Source: Pseudomonadota bacterium (GTDB lineage Bacteria > Bdellovibrionota_C > UBA2361 > OMII01). From it: a stretch of DNA of 64,000 nucleotides. A program made the translations under genes and the position numbers. The notes beneath the pieces are model-generated. The model was not told where the DNA came from. It did no database searches and saw nothing but the letters and a program-made list of their open reading frames with translations. Location: the NCBI GenBank assembly GCA_039799965.1, contig JBDLRS010000015.1:7497-71496 (forward strand), given 5' to 3'. This document shows positions 39,640 to 49,259 of this stretch, in pieces. Numbering within the stretch: position 1 is the stretch's first letter; each line of letters starts with the position of its first letter.

Positions 39640-40746
39640 GTGTTGAAAAGAAATATACTACTCATACCGAAAGGTTTTTTTGGTGATCTTGTCCTGATGA
39701 CGCCAGCGATAGCGGCCTTGTCACGTTCTCAACCTAACGCCTCTATAACGGTGCTTTGCACCCCTAGCGCGGCGGAATTCGTGCGGCGCGATCCGCTTGT
39801 CAGCGATGTGATCGTATACGATCGACGCAAGCAGCACAAAGGACTCTCCGGGCTCCGCTTGTTCGCCAAGGCGCTCGCGGAGCGGCAATTCGATGTGGCA
39901 TACACATTTCACGGTTCTCCTCGAACCGCGCTTCTCCTGAGGCTCGCGGGAATTCCTGAGCGTGTTGGATACCGCGGATCTTTGCTGGGCTCTCTCTACA
40001 CCAAGCGTGTTCACAAGAACGCGTGCGTTCATGAAGTTCTTCGCACGGTCGATCTGATCAAAGACGAACTTGATGATATAACTCGCCATCAATTTGAGGC
40101 ACTCTTTGTCAATCAAGATGAAGGCGCTCCCTGGGCTGATCTTCGGGTTCCGCAGAGTAGTAACGCAGGAATCTCAGAGCGAGTGAGCGCGATCACAGGT
40201 AGTAGCGAGCCGTACGTTGTGCTCTCTCCAGGTAGCGCGTGGCCGACGAAGCAGTGGGATACCGAGGGCTTTCGTGGGGTAGCCAAGAGCTATATCTCGA
40301 AGGGGATCCGTGTCGTGATTGTGGGCGCTCCGGCCGATGTATCGACCGCTCGTCGGGTTGGTGAGGGGCTCGATGTGGAGGACCTCTGCGGCCAGACCTC
40401 TCTGGAGGAGTTAATCGCGATTATTAAAGGGGCTTCCTGTGTTGTATGCAACGACAGCCTTGCCCTCCATATCTCCTCGGCGACGAAGACGCCTGTTGTG
40501 GTGGTATTTTGCGCGACATCTCCCCTATTCGGATTCGGTCCGTGGCGAAATCGCTCTGTGGTGCTTGAGAAGCGAGATTTATTCTGCAAGCCATGTCACC
40601 GTCACGGATCCCGCGCGTGTCCGACCGGAACTCGGCTCTGTATGACCGGCGTTTCCTCGTCGGAAGTGGTTTGCGCCGTCGATGAATTTTTGGGAGAAAG
40701 AAGTGGTCGCCATCAGGCGCGACATCTCCCCGTAATAGATTCATAG
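39640..40746 (+). CDS. ADP-heptose:LPS heptosyltransferase (glycosyltransferase family 9) with a C-terminal Cys4 motif.
   Basis: GT9 fold (LVLMTPAIAAL..., C-terminal ...CNDSLALHISSA...). The tail CKPCHRHGSRACPTGTRLCM has 4 Cys. Confidence 0.7.
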   Translation: MLKRNILLIPKGFFGDLVLMTPAIAALSRSQPNASITVLCTPSAAEFVRRDPLVSDVIVYDRRKQHKGLSGLRLFAKALAERQFDVAYTFHGSPRTALLLRLAGIPERVGYRGSLLGSLYTKRVHKNACVHEVLRTVDLIKDELDDITRHQFEALFVNQDEGAPWADLRVPQSSNAGISERVSAITGSSEPYVVLSPGSAWPTKQWDTEGFRGVAKSYISKGIRVVIVGAPADVSTARRVGEGLDVEDLCGQTSLEELIAIIKGASCVVCNDSLALHISSATKTPVVVVFCATSPLFGFGPWRNRSVVLEKRDLFCKPCHRHGSRACPTGTRLCMTGVSSSEVVCAVDEFLGERSGRHQARHLPVIDS

Positions 40747-40750
40747 GGAT

Positions 40751-41500
40751 ATGGAAGCGAGAGTAACAGAGAGAGTTGAGGGAGCGCCGTTGAACCAGTT
40801 GGTTCGCGGTCCGTACCTGATTGGAGGGCGCGAATACCTCTCGGAAGAGATCGCAACCCGTATTGTCCAGTTGATGAGAAATGTTCCTGACGGCGCCCCC
40901 CGTGGTGTGCTGGCGGGGAGGGGGTATACCGGAATTCAAACCATCGAAGGTCTTGGTCGGGTGTTTGTGAAGCAGTACGCCCACGGGGGACTGCTTCGTT
41001 ACATCACGGGTGGAAGTTTCCTGTGTGTGGGGCCCTCCCGCTCGTTACAAGAGTTGCTCATGCTTGAGCGAGTTAGAGAGATCGGGATCAACGCACCAAA
41101 GCCTATGGTGTTCGTGAACAAGGGCTCGTTCTTCTACCGTACGTGGCTCTTCATGGAGGAGATCGTCGGTTCGCGTAACCTTGCCGAGGTGAGCCAAGGC
41201 GAAAAGAGTGAGGACGCCGATGTGCTGCATGAGGCTATGAAGAAACTTGGCGAGCAGGTTCTTGCATTGATTAATCACAAGATATTTCACGTGGACCTAC
41301 ACCCTGGGAATGTGCTCGTTCAAGATGGGGGGAGGGTGTCCATCGTTGACTTTGATAAGGCACACGAATTTAAAGGAAGCGCCGAAAGACTGAGGGAGCT
41401 CTATCTTCGTCGGTGGCGGCGGGCTGTCATCAAGCACAAGCTCTCTCCGGTGCTTACTGAGGTTATGTCACTTACCTTACGGAGCTATTATGAGTCATAG
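40751..41500 (+). CDS. Kdo kinase (KdkA) / lipopolysaccharide kinase family protein.
   Basis: Has the protein-kinase-like catalytic loop HVDLHPGNVL and a DFD motif (IVDFDKA). Embedded between two GT9 genes. Confidence 0.6.
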   Translation: MEARVTERVEGAPLNQLVRGPYLIGGREYLSEEIATRIVQLMRNVPDGAPRGVLAGRGYTGIQTIEGLGRVFVKQYAHGGLLRYITGGSFLCVGPSRSLQELLMLERVREIGINAPKPMVFVNKGSFFYRTWLFMEEIVGSRNLAEVSQGEKSEDADVLHEAMKKLGEQVLALINHKIFHVDLHPGNVLVQDGGRVSIVDFDKAHEFKGSAERLRELYLRRWRRAVIKHKLSPVLTEVMSLTLRSYYES

Positions 41501-42524
41501 ATCCTCTGATCCAAGACGCCGAATTCTGATCATCCTCTTAGGCGCTTTGGGGGATGTGGTTCGCGGCCTCGCCGTTGTGAACGCTATCAAACAGAGCGAT
41601 CCCTCGTGTCATATTACCTGGCTGGTGGAGCCTGCAAGCTCCGGCGTCGTTTCGCTGCATCCTGGAATTGATGAGGTAGTGGTCTTTCAACGCAAGGAGG
41701 GGCTGCGTGGGGTTCTCGCGCTGCGTAAGGCGCTCCGCGATCGAACGTTTGACGTGACCCTCGATATGCAGCGGCACCTCAAGAGCGGGTTCTTTTCCTT
41801 GCTCTCGCGCTCACCCCGTCGGATCGGATTTCACCCCGAGGACACCAAGGAGGGTAATTGGTTTTTTAATACCGAGTACATTGAGTCGCGCGGAGATGGT
41901 GCCTCCAAGATAGATCACTACCTCAGTTTCGTTGCCGCTCTAGGGTTCTCGGTTCCAGAACGGGTTGATGCGGGTTTGTCCCATATCACCCTCGATTCGG
42001 TTGGCGGTGATTGGGCGACCACACTCCAACGACCCTACATTGGGATCGTTCTCGGTTCCTCAAGATATTCAAAGGATTGGCCCCTTGAAGGGTATCAGGG
42101 ATTGCTTGAGCGATGTACCGTCCCTGGTGTTGAGACAGTTGTTTTGCTCGGAGATCGCTCCAAGGTTGAGATGGCTCAACAGCTTGAGGGTGTCCCATCA
42201 CCGTTACCTATCGTCAATGCGGTCGGTAGAACTAATCTGCGAGAGCTCGTGGGGATCATCCATGGAGCCCGCTGTTGTGTTGGTCCCGACTCCGGTCCTG
42301 GGCATATCGCGGGGGCTCTTGGAGTTCCTCACGTGACCCTTTTTGGGCCAACCCCGGCGGGCCGTAATGCCCCTCGAGGAAGTGAGGCGCTCTCCGTGGT
42401 GAGTTCGATAGGGTGTGCCCCATGTCGACGGCGGGTGTGTCCTGGGCTTGATAAACTCTGTATGCGATTGATTACCCCCGAGAGTGTTTTGGACCGGTTG
42501 CGCCTCGCTATCCGTTCAAATTAG
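41490..42524 (+). CDS. ADP-heptose:LPS heptosyltransferase (GT9), second paralogue, also with a C-terminal Cys4 motif.
   Basis: GT9 fold. The tail CAPCRRRVCPGLDKLCM parallels the upstream paralogue. Confidence 0.7.
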   Translation: MSHRSSDPRRRILIILLGALGDVVRGLAVVNAIKQSDPSCHITWLVEPASSGVVSLHPGIDEVVVFQRKEGLRGVLALRKALRDRTFDVTLDMQRHLKSGFFSLLSRSPRRIGFHPEDTKEGNWFFNTEYIESRGDGASKIDHYLSFVAALGFSVPERVDAGLSHITLDSVGGDWATTLQRPYIGIVLGSSRYSKDWPLEGYQGLLERCTVPGVETVVLLGDRSKVEMAQQLEGVPSPLPIVNAVGRTNLRELVGIIHGARCCVGPDSGPGHIAGALGVPHVTLFGPTPAGRNAPRGSEALSVVSSIGCAPCRRRVCPGLDKLCMRLITPESVLDRLRLAIRSN

Positions 42525-42594
42525 TTCAACTTTTATGTGAGACCAGGGGCTAGGCAGGTAGCGCAAGGGGGGCTCCCTTGCTATAACCTCACTC

Positions 42595-43617
42595 ATGGTA
42601 TCCATCAAAAAAGAACAGCTTCTTGCCACCCTGGATAAGATCGCGGGGACTCCGATCTTGGTCGTAGGGGACTTAATTCTCGATAGGTACATTTGGGGCA
42701 AGGTCGATCGGATCTCTCCCGAGGCGCCGGTGCCGGTGGTTGAGGTTTTGAGGACTGACGGTCGTCTCGGAGGCGCGGGGAACGTGGTGTGGAACCTTGC
42801 GGCGATCGGCGCGAAGCCGAGCGTGTGTGGATTAATCGGTGACGACGAGGATGGTCGATATCTCACCACCCTCTTCCAAGAGATCGGGATTGGCGTTGAG
42901 GGTGTCGTGGTTGATCCGACTCGACCAACAACGCTTAAGACCCGTGTCATCGCGGCGACGCAGCAGATAGTTAGAATTGATCGCGAGAAAAGGAGTTTCG
43001 ATTCACCTGAAGCCTCGAAAAAGATGGTTGAGGCGATTAATCGTTCTCTTGAGGGAAGTCGGGCAGTGGTCCTTTCGGATTACGGCAAGGGAGCGGTGTG
43101 TTCCGATGTTCTCGATGCTTTGCAGCGCGCGAGCGCCGACCACCGCCTTGAGCTCGCCGGTCGGCCTCTCTTTGTGGATCCGCACCCCAAAAATTATAAC
43201 AACTATCGTTCAATGAGTGTCGCAAAGCCGAATCGCAAGGAGGCTGAGATCGCCTCGGGCCATGCGATTAAGTCTATCGATGACGCTTACGCAGCGTCGG
43301 ATATTTTGATGCGCAAGTGGAACTCTGAGATGATGGTTATTACGCTCGGAGAGGATGGAATGGTCGTGAAGCAGTCGGGGGAGCCTCGCGGTGTTCATCT
43401 CGCTACGATGGCGCAGGAGGTGTTCGATGTGAGTGGTGCGGGGGATACCGTGACAGCCCTTTTCTGTTCGGCCCTCGCGGTCGGCGCGTCCCCAACTACA
43501 GCGGGTGTGCTCTCCAACATCGCCGCCGGTATCGTTGTATCAGAGATCGGTACGGTAGCGGTGGATGTGAAGCGTCTTCGTCGTGAGATTGAGAGGTGGG
43601 GTATCGAAAGACCATGA
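42595..43617 (+). CDS. D-glycero-beta-D-manno-heptose-7-phosphate kinase (RfaE domain I / HldA-like; ribokinase family).
   Basis: PfkB and ribokinase motifs (ILVVGDLILDRY..., DVSGAGDT near the C-terminus). 340 aa with no adenylyltransferase domain. Confidence 0.75.
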   Translation: MVSIKKEQLLATLDKIAGTPILVVGDLILDRYIWGKVDRISPEAPVPVVEVLRTDGRLGGAGNVVWNLAAIGAKPSVCGLIGDDEDGRYLTTLFQEIGIGVEGVVVDPTRPTTLKTRVIAATQQIVRIDREKRSFDSPEASKKMVEAINRSLEGSRAVVLSDYGKGAVCSDVLDALQRASADHRLELAGRPLFVDPHPKNYNNYRSMSVAKPNRKEAEIASGHAIKSIDDAYAASDILMRKWNSEMMVITLGEDGMVVKQSGEPRGVHLATMAQEVFDVSGAGDTVTALFCSALAVGASPTTAGVLSNIAAGIVVSEIGTVAVDVKRLRREIERWGIERP

Positions 43618-44525
43618 CGACGAACAAGAGGTCAGGATCGGTGCGGAGCATGACAGGGTTCTCCCGGGTCTCTTTTGGTGGACACGGAGTAGAGATCGAC
43701 GTTGAGGTGCGATCTGTGAACCATCGATTTCTCGACGTTGCTGTAAAAGGGCCCCGTTGTTACACCTCGTTCGAGCGAGATATCAAATCCCTCTTTCAAC
43801 GGCACCATCGACGGGGACGTGTGGAGGTGTCTATCACCCGGCGTTCAGTAGTTGATGGTGGTGGTGACTCTGAGATCCTTCCGGCATCTGTCGATCGCTA
43901 CGTTACGTTGTTCGGCGCCGCGTGCAGGCGATATGGGGTCTCAACTGATTCCCTTGGGGCCTTCATTGGACAGGTCATCCTCCGAGAGGGGAACCTCGTC
44001 GGGGAGGGCGCTCCCGTTCCAGAGGAGGAGGTCGGTGTTCTTCTTCGAGTTATAGATGAAGCGAGCGAGGCGCTTGCTGTGATGCGGGAGGGTGAGGGCG
44101 CAGCGTTGAACGCCGACCTCTCGAAACGCCTTGAGGTTCTTGAGGGGCAGGTGAGTGCTATTCAAGGAATGAGCACCGTGGCGCCAGCGCGGCTGAGAGA
44201 GCGGTTGATGGAGCGCATCCGGCTCATCGCGCCGGACGTTCGTGTCGATGAGCAGCGGTACGCCGCTGAGGTCGCGTTCTTGAGTGACCGTATCGATATC
44301 TCAGAGGAGATCTCTCGAGCGGTGATTCATCTCGCGGCGTTCAAGGATGCACTGAAAGGTAACGCGGAGGGTGTAGGTCGCAAGCTCGACTTCCTTACCC
44401 AGGAGATCGGAAGGGAGTTTAACACTATCGGTTCTAAGGCGCAGGACGCGGCCGTGCAGGGACTTGTGGTTGAGGCAAAAGCGGAGCTTGAGCGGATCCG
44501 CGAACAGGTTCAGAACATCGAGTAA
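43596..44525 (+). CDS. yicC: YicC-family stress-induced protein.
   Basis: MTGFSRV...EVRSVNHRFLD resembles the YicC N-terminal domain, with a DUF1732 C-terminus. The true start is possibly ATG 43650. Confidence 0.75.
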   Translation: MGYRKTMTTNKRSGSVRSMTGFSRVSFGGHGVEIDVEVRSVNHRFLDVAVKGPRCYTSFERDIKSLFQRHHRRGRVEVSITRRSVVDGGGDSEILPASVDRYVTLFGAACRRYGVSTDSLGAFIGQVILREGNLVGEGAPVPEEEVGVLLRVIDEASEALAVMREGEGAALNADLSKRLEVLEGQVSAIQGMSTVAPARLRERLMERIRLIAPDVRVDEQRYAAEVAFLSDRIDISEEISRAVIHLAAFKDALKGNAEGVGRKLDFLTQEIGREFNTIGSKAQDAAVQGLVVEAKAELERIREQVQNIE

Positions 44526-44528
44526 GGT

Positions 44529-45185
44529 ATGAAGAGGGAATTGCAGCGCACGGGGATATTGTTCGTTCTGATCGGTCCGTCGGGGAGCGGTAAGTCTACC
44601 TTCTGTTCCCGTTTGGTGAGGGATTTTGACGATCTTCACTATTCGATATCGGTAACTTCTCGGCCCCCACGAGCTGGAGAGGTACAGGGCACGAGTTATC
44701 ATTTCGTGTCTCGCGAGGAGTTTATCGCTCGTCGAGATCACGGCGAATTCTTTGAATGGGAAGAGACGCACGGGAACCTCTATGGCACGCTACGAGCGAC
44801 CCTTCAAAACGGTATCGATGGAGGACACGACCTCCTTTTTCAGATCGATATTAGGGGTGCTCTAACAATGAAGAAGCACTTCCCGGATAACACCGTGGCG
44901 GTTTTCATAGTTCCACCGAGCTTTGAGGCGCTCCGTGGTCGACTCCTCGCCCGGGGGCCTGTGGACACTCTCGAGTTGGAACGACGCTTCGCTACAGCCC
45001 GTCAGGAGTATGAGGCGCTCATCTCGCTTCGGTCGGAGCACGACAAGATCGATTATCTGCTCTTGAATGAAGATATCGAGGACGCCTACGCGCAGATAAA
45101 GGGTATCGTCGTAGCTGAGCGCGCGAGGTATCTTAGGATGGATGGGGATTCCGTCGCGCAGTTTTGCAAAGTTGATGGGAGTTAG
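44529..45185 (+). CDS. gmk: Guanylate kinase.
   Basis: P-loop GPSGSGKST. Conserved yicC-gmk adjacency. Confidence 0.9.
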   Translation: MKRELQRTGILFVLIGPSGSGKSTFCSRLVRDFDDLHYSISVTSRPPRAGEVQGTSYHFVSREEFIARRDHGEFFEWEETHGNLYGTLRATLQNGIDGGHDLLFQIDIRGALTMKKHFPDNTVAVFIVPPSFEALRGRLLARGPVDTLELERRFATARQEYEALISLRSEHDKIDYLLLNEDIEDAYAQIKGIVVAERARYLRMDGDSVAQFCKVDGS

Positions 45186-45191
45186 TGCCGT

Positions 45192-45665
45192 ATGAAGCGT
45201 GTGATAGCTCTTTGTTCTGTCGTGGTTGTGACCCTTATGGCTGGGTGCTCGGCCTCATTGATTCGGCAGCCTAAATTCATCGATGATATCCGCCCTGTCC
45301 CTCCACCGATGAAGGTGCTTCACTACTCTATTCAACGAAAGGACCTGCAAGATGCCCTTGTTCAACAGGGAGTCAACACCATTCGTCTTGTGCCGGTCTA
45401 TGACAGCGTCAATGTTAGTCAGAGCTACTCGTATCGGCTCTTCGACGTACAGGAGGGGAGCGCTTACTCGCTCTTGGGATTGCAGACCTCGGATGTCGTT
45501 GTTGCCGCTGATCGTTACTTGATTAAGCGTCCCGACCAATTCCCGCAGTTTGTGTCGCTCCTCGCTGGCGTTAATGAGGCGACAATCGAGATTCGTCGTG
45601 GTGGCGAGTCTAAGCTCTTTAAGTACAATTTCATCCCCGTGGTCGGAAAGACGCCGGACTCGTAA
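45192..45665 (+). CDS. Hypothetical lipoprotein with a degenerate PDZ-like segment.
   Basis: Lipobox LMAGCSAS. LGLQTSDVVVAADRYLIK...ATIEIRRGGES resembles a PDZ GLxxGDxI...ING pattern. Confidence 0.4.
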   Translation: MKRVIALCSVVVVTLMAGCSASLIRQPKFIDDIRPVPPPMKVLHYSIQRKDLQDALVQQGVNTIRLVPVYDSVNVSQSYSYRLFDVQEGSAYSLLGLQTSDVVVAADRYLIKRPDQFPQFVSLLAGVNEATIEIRRGGESKLFKYNFIPVVGKTPDS

Positions 45666-45672
45666 GGTAGCA

Positions 45673-46158
45673 CTATCGCTCCCCACCGCGCTCTCGGAGC
45701 GATACGTTAAGCTGAACGAGAGAGTTCTCCTCCTCTCTTTGTATGAGGTGCGCCAGTGTACGCTCCTGAAGGAGTTTATCGATCGCTGAGCGAAGATCCT
45801 GCCATACTCCGTGGAGTTCGCACGACTCGCGCGTTGAGCACCGTGTAGGACCGTCCGACTCGGGATGAAGAGGAGCGTGCTCGCAGATGACTTGAAAGGT
45901 ATCTCCCTCCACTGCGTAGAGGATGTCCTTTAAGGTGATCTCAGCGGGAGGGCGCAACAGTCTGTAGCCTCCTTTAGGGCCCCGGATACTCTCAATAACC
46001 TTTTCTTTCCGCAGGCGGTGGAGGATCTGTTGGGTGTAGGGGAGATCGATCCCCTGGCTTTCGGCGATCTCAGCCGCGCCGATCGCCATCTCTCCGTAAT
46101 TTTTCGCGAGGTGAAGGGCGCACAGAATGCCGCACTCGCCCCATTTTGTGACTCTCAT
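45673..46158 (-). CDS. Rrf2-family transcriptional regulator (IscR/NsrR-like).
   Basis: The N-terminal wHTH MRVTKWGECGILCALHLAK...GPKGGYRLLRP is typical of Rrf2. ATG at 46158 preferred (the track TTG is at 46173). Confidence 0.75.
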   Translation of the reverse strand: MRVTKWGECGILCALHLAKNYGEMAIGAAEIAESQGIDLPYTQQILHRLRKEKVIESIRGPKGGYRLLRPPAEITLKDILYAVEGDTFQVICEHAPLHPESDGPTRCSTRESCELHGVWQDLRSAIDKLLQERTLAHLIQREEENSLVQLNVSLRERGGER

Positions 46159-46226
46159 ACTATCTACCGCCAAGGGATGCCTGGAGGTTAGATCCGTACC
46201 TTACTCGGGTTGTTATGTCTATTTTT

Positions 46227-46267
46227 TGGTGTTTAACGGGTGTTTGGGTGGGGCAAACAAAAACACC
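46227..46267. promoter_or_regulatory. Candidate operator: repeated GGTGTTT half-sites, with inverted AAACACC, in the Rrf2 gene's upstream region.
   Basis: GGTGTTTaacgGGTGTTTgggtggggcaaacaAAAACACC, read directly, lies 70-110 bp upstream of the Rrf2 start on the minus strand. Confidence 0.3.
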
Positions 46268-46333
46268 AATTCCGCGTACCTAAGAAATTGATGGATGGCT
46301 TGCAACAGTAATTGGCTGAAAGCTCCAGTTCTC

Positions 46334-46765
46334 CTACGCCAGCAGATCGGTAACTAAGATATAGGTCCACGGTACCACGGCCCCAACGATGTAGAGCGCC
46401 ATGACACCGTACAATGCTGGCTTGAGCCACGATATCTTGGTGGTTTGGTGGCAGAGAAGAATTATCAGCGCTATTGAGGCGCTCTTAACCATAGCGAGAG
46501 CGGGAACATATCCGATAGCTGACATAAGAGAGCGGAGAAGGATGTTTCCCTCCATCGACGTGCCGTACTGTGCCATACCCAACCCAGTCAGTACTCCGTC
46601 AAGAATCTGCAGTGTGGCGAGAATGAACCCGAGTACGATGATATCGGTAGGAAGGTGAGCAGCGGCTGCCGCGTGAGGATCGCTGGACCGCCCACCACGC
46701 ACCAGGTAAAGGGTGCGTGCACTCAGTGGTTGCGCGTCTTGGATCTGTACAGCACATTGGCCCAT
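46334..46765 (-). CDS. Hypothetical small integral membrane protein.
   Basis: 143-aa ORF with 3-4 hydrophobic helices in its C-terminal two-thirds. The start is uncertain. Confidence 0.35.
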   Translation of the reverse strand: MGQCAVQIQDAQPLSARTLYLVRGGRSSDPHAAAAAHLPTDIIVLGFILATLQILDGVLTGLGMAQYGTSMEGNILLRSLMSAIGYVPALAMVKSASIALIILLCHQTTKISWLKPALYGVMALYIVGAVVPWTYILVTDLLA

Positions 46766-46869
46766 AGTGTCCCCCTTACAAGTCCGCCGAAGCTAGACTT
46801 ATATCCGGAACATGGGCATGAGTGAATCAGGTAAAGTGGTAAGTATCTGAATAGTCGTTGCCCACCCTG

Positions 46870-47082
46870 CTAGTGTGAGCCTTCAACCACCGCCATCTGC
46901 TCAAGCTCTGAGATAAGGGTAGTTAGTTTCTCTCGAATGTCCTCAGCGAGAACGGACATAAGGGTTCCTGTTTGCGAGATCGAGTTGTCGGTGTGAACGG
47001 TCTCGCGAGCGATCCACTCAGCACACGTGCCGAGGTGATCAAGGCGGCTTGCGATTTCGAGAACTTGAGCAAGGGTATTCAT
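46870..47082 (-). CDS. Hypothetical 70-aa acidic protein.
   Basis: ORF lying between the lipoprotein and membrane genes on the same strand. No motifs. Confidence 0.3.
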   Translation of the reverse strand: MNTLAQVLEIASRLDHLGTCAEWIARETVHTDNSISQTGTLMSVLAEDIREKLTTLISELEQMAVVEGSH

Positions 47083-47265
47083 GGTGTATGCCTCATCGAA
47101 AGGTGTCTTTCAAACTATCTCTTACGATGAGGCAAGAAGGGGGGCGGCTTCTAAATATCGGCGTAGCGATGGGGGACTCCTCGCTTAGGAGGATGGGACG
47201 CTCGTGCCAAGCGACAAATCTGGCCTAAGCCCCCAATTTTGTTTCCCCCTTAAAAGGCGAGAGCC

Positions 47266-48990
47266 TTACGGGGTCTCCCCTCGATCAAAAACCGATTTAA
47301 TTTTAAACACTCCGTTTGCGTAGGAGAGACTCCCTATGCCGATTCCGAGCTTCTTTAGGTTTGCAGAATCAAGCGCCCGACCGAGCTCGGGGTTCGGTCC
47401 CATCATCGACTCAACGGTACCCTTGACGCCGTCTAGGAGAGTGGCGAGTTGTATAAAGTTAAGGTAGAGCGAACCGGATGATGATTCCGCTACCCGATTT
47501 CGCAGCGCTCTTGGCATCGAGATATCCAGGGAGGCCCCTCCGCTGTTTGAGGTGGCTATGTCCTGAACGGCGCGTTCAGAAGAGGCCACAACCAGAGCCG
47601 AGGAGTTCTTCGGAGAGCTCAGGTATACTCCGACTCCAAGGGGCGTCATGATGTAACGAGTTGGCGCGCCACTGATCTCCTTTGAGTTCCATTGGAGCTG
47701 TTGGCCTGTGGCCATCATCCCCAATCCGATACCACTCTCAACCGTCGAGGCGACCTGGTCGCGTGCAGAGGTGTCAAGGGTGAGGTAGATATCAGGCAGC
47801 GGAGAGGCCTGGTCACCATTGCGGAGACCGAGGGTGATCCCCTGAATGTTCTTTAATTGCTCAACCACCATTGCGGCGGATGGGTCATTGAGGCTCTTCA
47901 ATGCCGACTCAAGCTTGGTAATCACGCGGGTGTCTAGGGAGAGAGAAAGGGCGGTGTCAGCTGGAAGTTTGAACGCGTTCGTTGGAATTCCGCTGTTCTC
48001 AAAGGCAGCGAACACGCTCTTCTGAAGTTCATTTCTCGGAGTCACGGTCACGCCCGCTAAGGTCACCATCTGTTCGGAGTAGATTTGGCTCATCGCCAAC
48101 GATGTAACCGGTATCTCTTGAGGATCGAACCCAGCATCGCTCTCCCCCCTTTTCGGGGCGAAGTTTGTTAGGAAGCTTGATACCGAGAGGAAGGCAAATG
48201 AGAGGGGGGCTTCGGATGATCGTACGCTCTCTTCGGCTTTTGAGAACTCTGGGAGGGCCTTGAGGTTGGCCATCCCATTTGTTGTGCCTGCGCCTAAGAG
48301 CCCCTCGACAGCCTCCTTAGAGAGGGCCATGCCGAACGTATCCTGCGTTCCAACCACGTAGAGGGCGATTGGTAAACCCTCTTCTTGCGGAACTGGCATG
48401 GTGGCGACAAATCCCTTTGTCGCACCGAAGTGCTCGTCGGCTACCTTCAGCCCAGCGTCAGAGAGGATCTGTTTGAGTGAGGTGGCTTGGTCTGAGAGAT
48501 TCACACCGGTTGCGCCCCGAGCGAACACGCCCAGGTCGAGAGGGGCCTTAGTATCCTTTCGAATGCTGATAAAACCGACCGCCTCACTAATCACCTTTTC
48601 TACTTGTGATTTGCCCTCGGGAGATACGAGTCCAAGCTTCTGAAGGGAGTTCAGTATCGTTTTCGCGATCTTGATCTGATGATCCGAAGCCCCGCTCGCC
48701 TCGACCTCCTCCACAGCCGACTTGAGGGCATTAAGGCCCCTCATGTCATTCCCCCATGGGCTCGCCATAAATCTCTTATACCCTTCGCCAGCGAAGTTCA
48801 TAACCGCCAAGGCCGCCGTCGTGTTAGGAATCTTCTGCAGGAGTGGCTCATCGAGGAGGGATGAGGAGGTCAGCCCTTTTTGTTGAAGGGGCGTGTCCCC
48901 CTCTTTTTTGGAGCATCCTACGATGGGCGCTATCGCAAGGGATACGGCAAGGCAGGTGGCGAGGATGTGATTTGGGGGGGCGATCTTCAT
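47266..48990 (-). CDS. Large hypothetical lipoprotein (574 aa).
   Basis: Lipobox LAIAPIVGCS. Ser/Ala/Gly-rich throughout. No catalytic motifs recognised. Confidence 0.5.
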   Translation of the reverse strand: MKIAPPNHILATCLAVSLAIAPIVGCSKKEGDTPLQQKGLTSSSLLDEPLLQKIPNTTAALAVMNFAGEGYKRFMASPWGNDMRGLNALKSAVEEVEASGASDHQIKIAKTILNSLQKLGLVSPEGKSQVEKVISEAVGFISIRKDTKAPLDLGVFARGATGVNLSDQATSLKQILSDAGLKVADEHFGATKGFVATMPVPQEEGLPIALYVVGTQDTFGMALSKEAVEGLLGAGTTNGMANLKALPEFSKAEESVRSSEAPLSFAFLSVSSFLTNFAPKRGESDAGFDPQEIPVTSLAMSQIYSEQMVTLAGVTVTPRNELQKSVFAAFENSGIPTNAFKLPADTALSLSLDTRVITKLESALKSLNDPSAAMVVEQLKNIQGITLGLRNGDQASPLPDIYLTLDTSARDQVASTVESGIGLGMMATGQQLQWNSKEISGAPTRYIMTPLGVGVYLSSPKNSSALVVASSERAVQDIATSNSGGASLDISMPRALRNRVAESSSGSLYLNFIQLATLLDGVKGTVESMMGPNPELGRALDSANLKKLGIGIGSLSYANGVFKIKSVFDRGETP

Positions 48991-49259
48991 AGAGGCGGTG
49001 TTTTAAGAGCTCAACATACAACTAAATATCTCCACAGGTTCTTAACTGGAACCTTTAGGTATCACAAGGGTTCTTTGCCCTTTCATGTGAAGAAATAAGT
49101 CGGTTCAGCATCGTATGAGTGGGTGAGTCGAATGTTTTCCTCCCACCCGTCCCGCTCGGCGTTGCAATCAATGTGTAAATACTGATTGCTAACATGCTAA
49201 GCGCCCGATTTAATGGAGTAGGCGGCCAGTATGCTTTACGGCCGTGGAGAATTAATAGT

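Noticed and set aside
47190-47215. TGGCACGAGCGTCC on the minus strand, as a possible sigma54 -24 element.
   Set aside because: No TTGC -12 element at the correct spacing.
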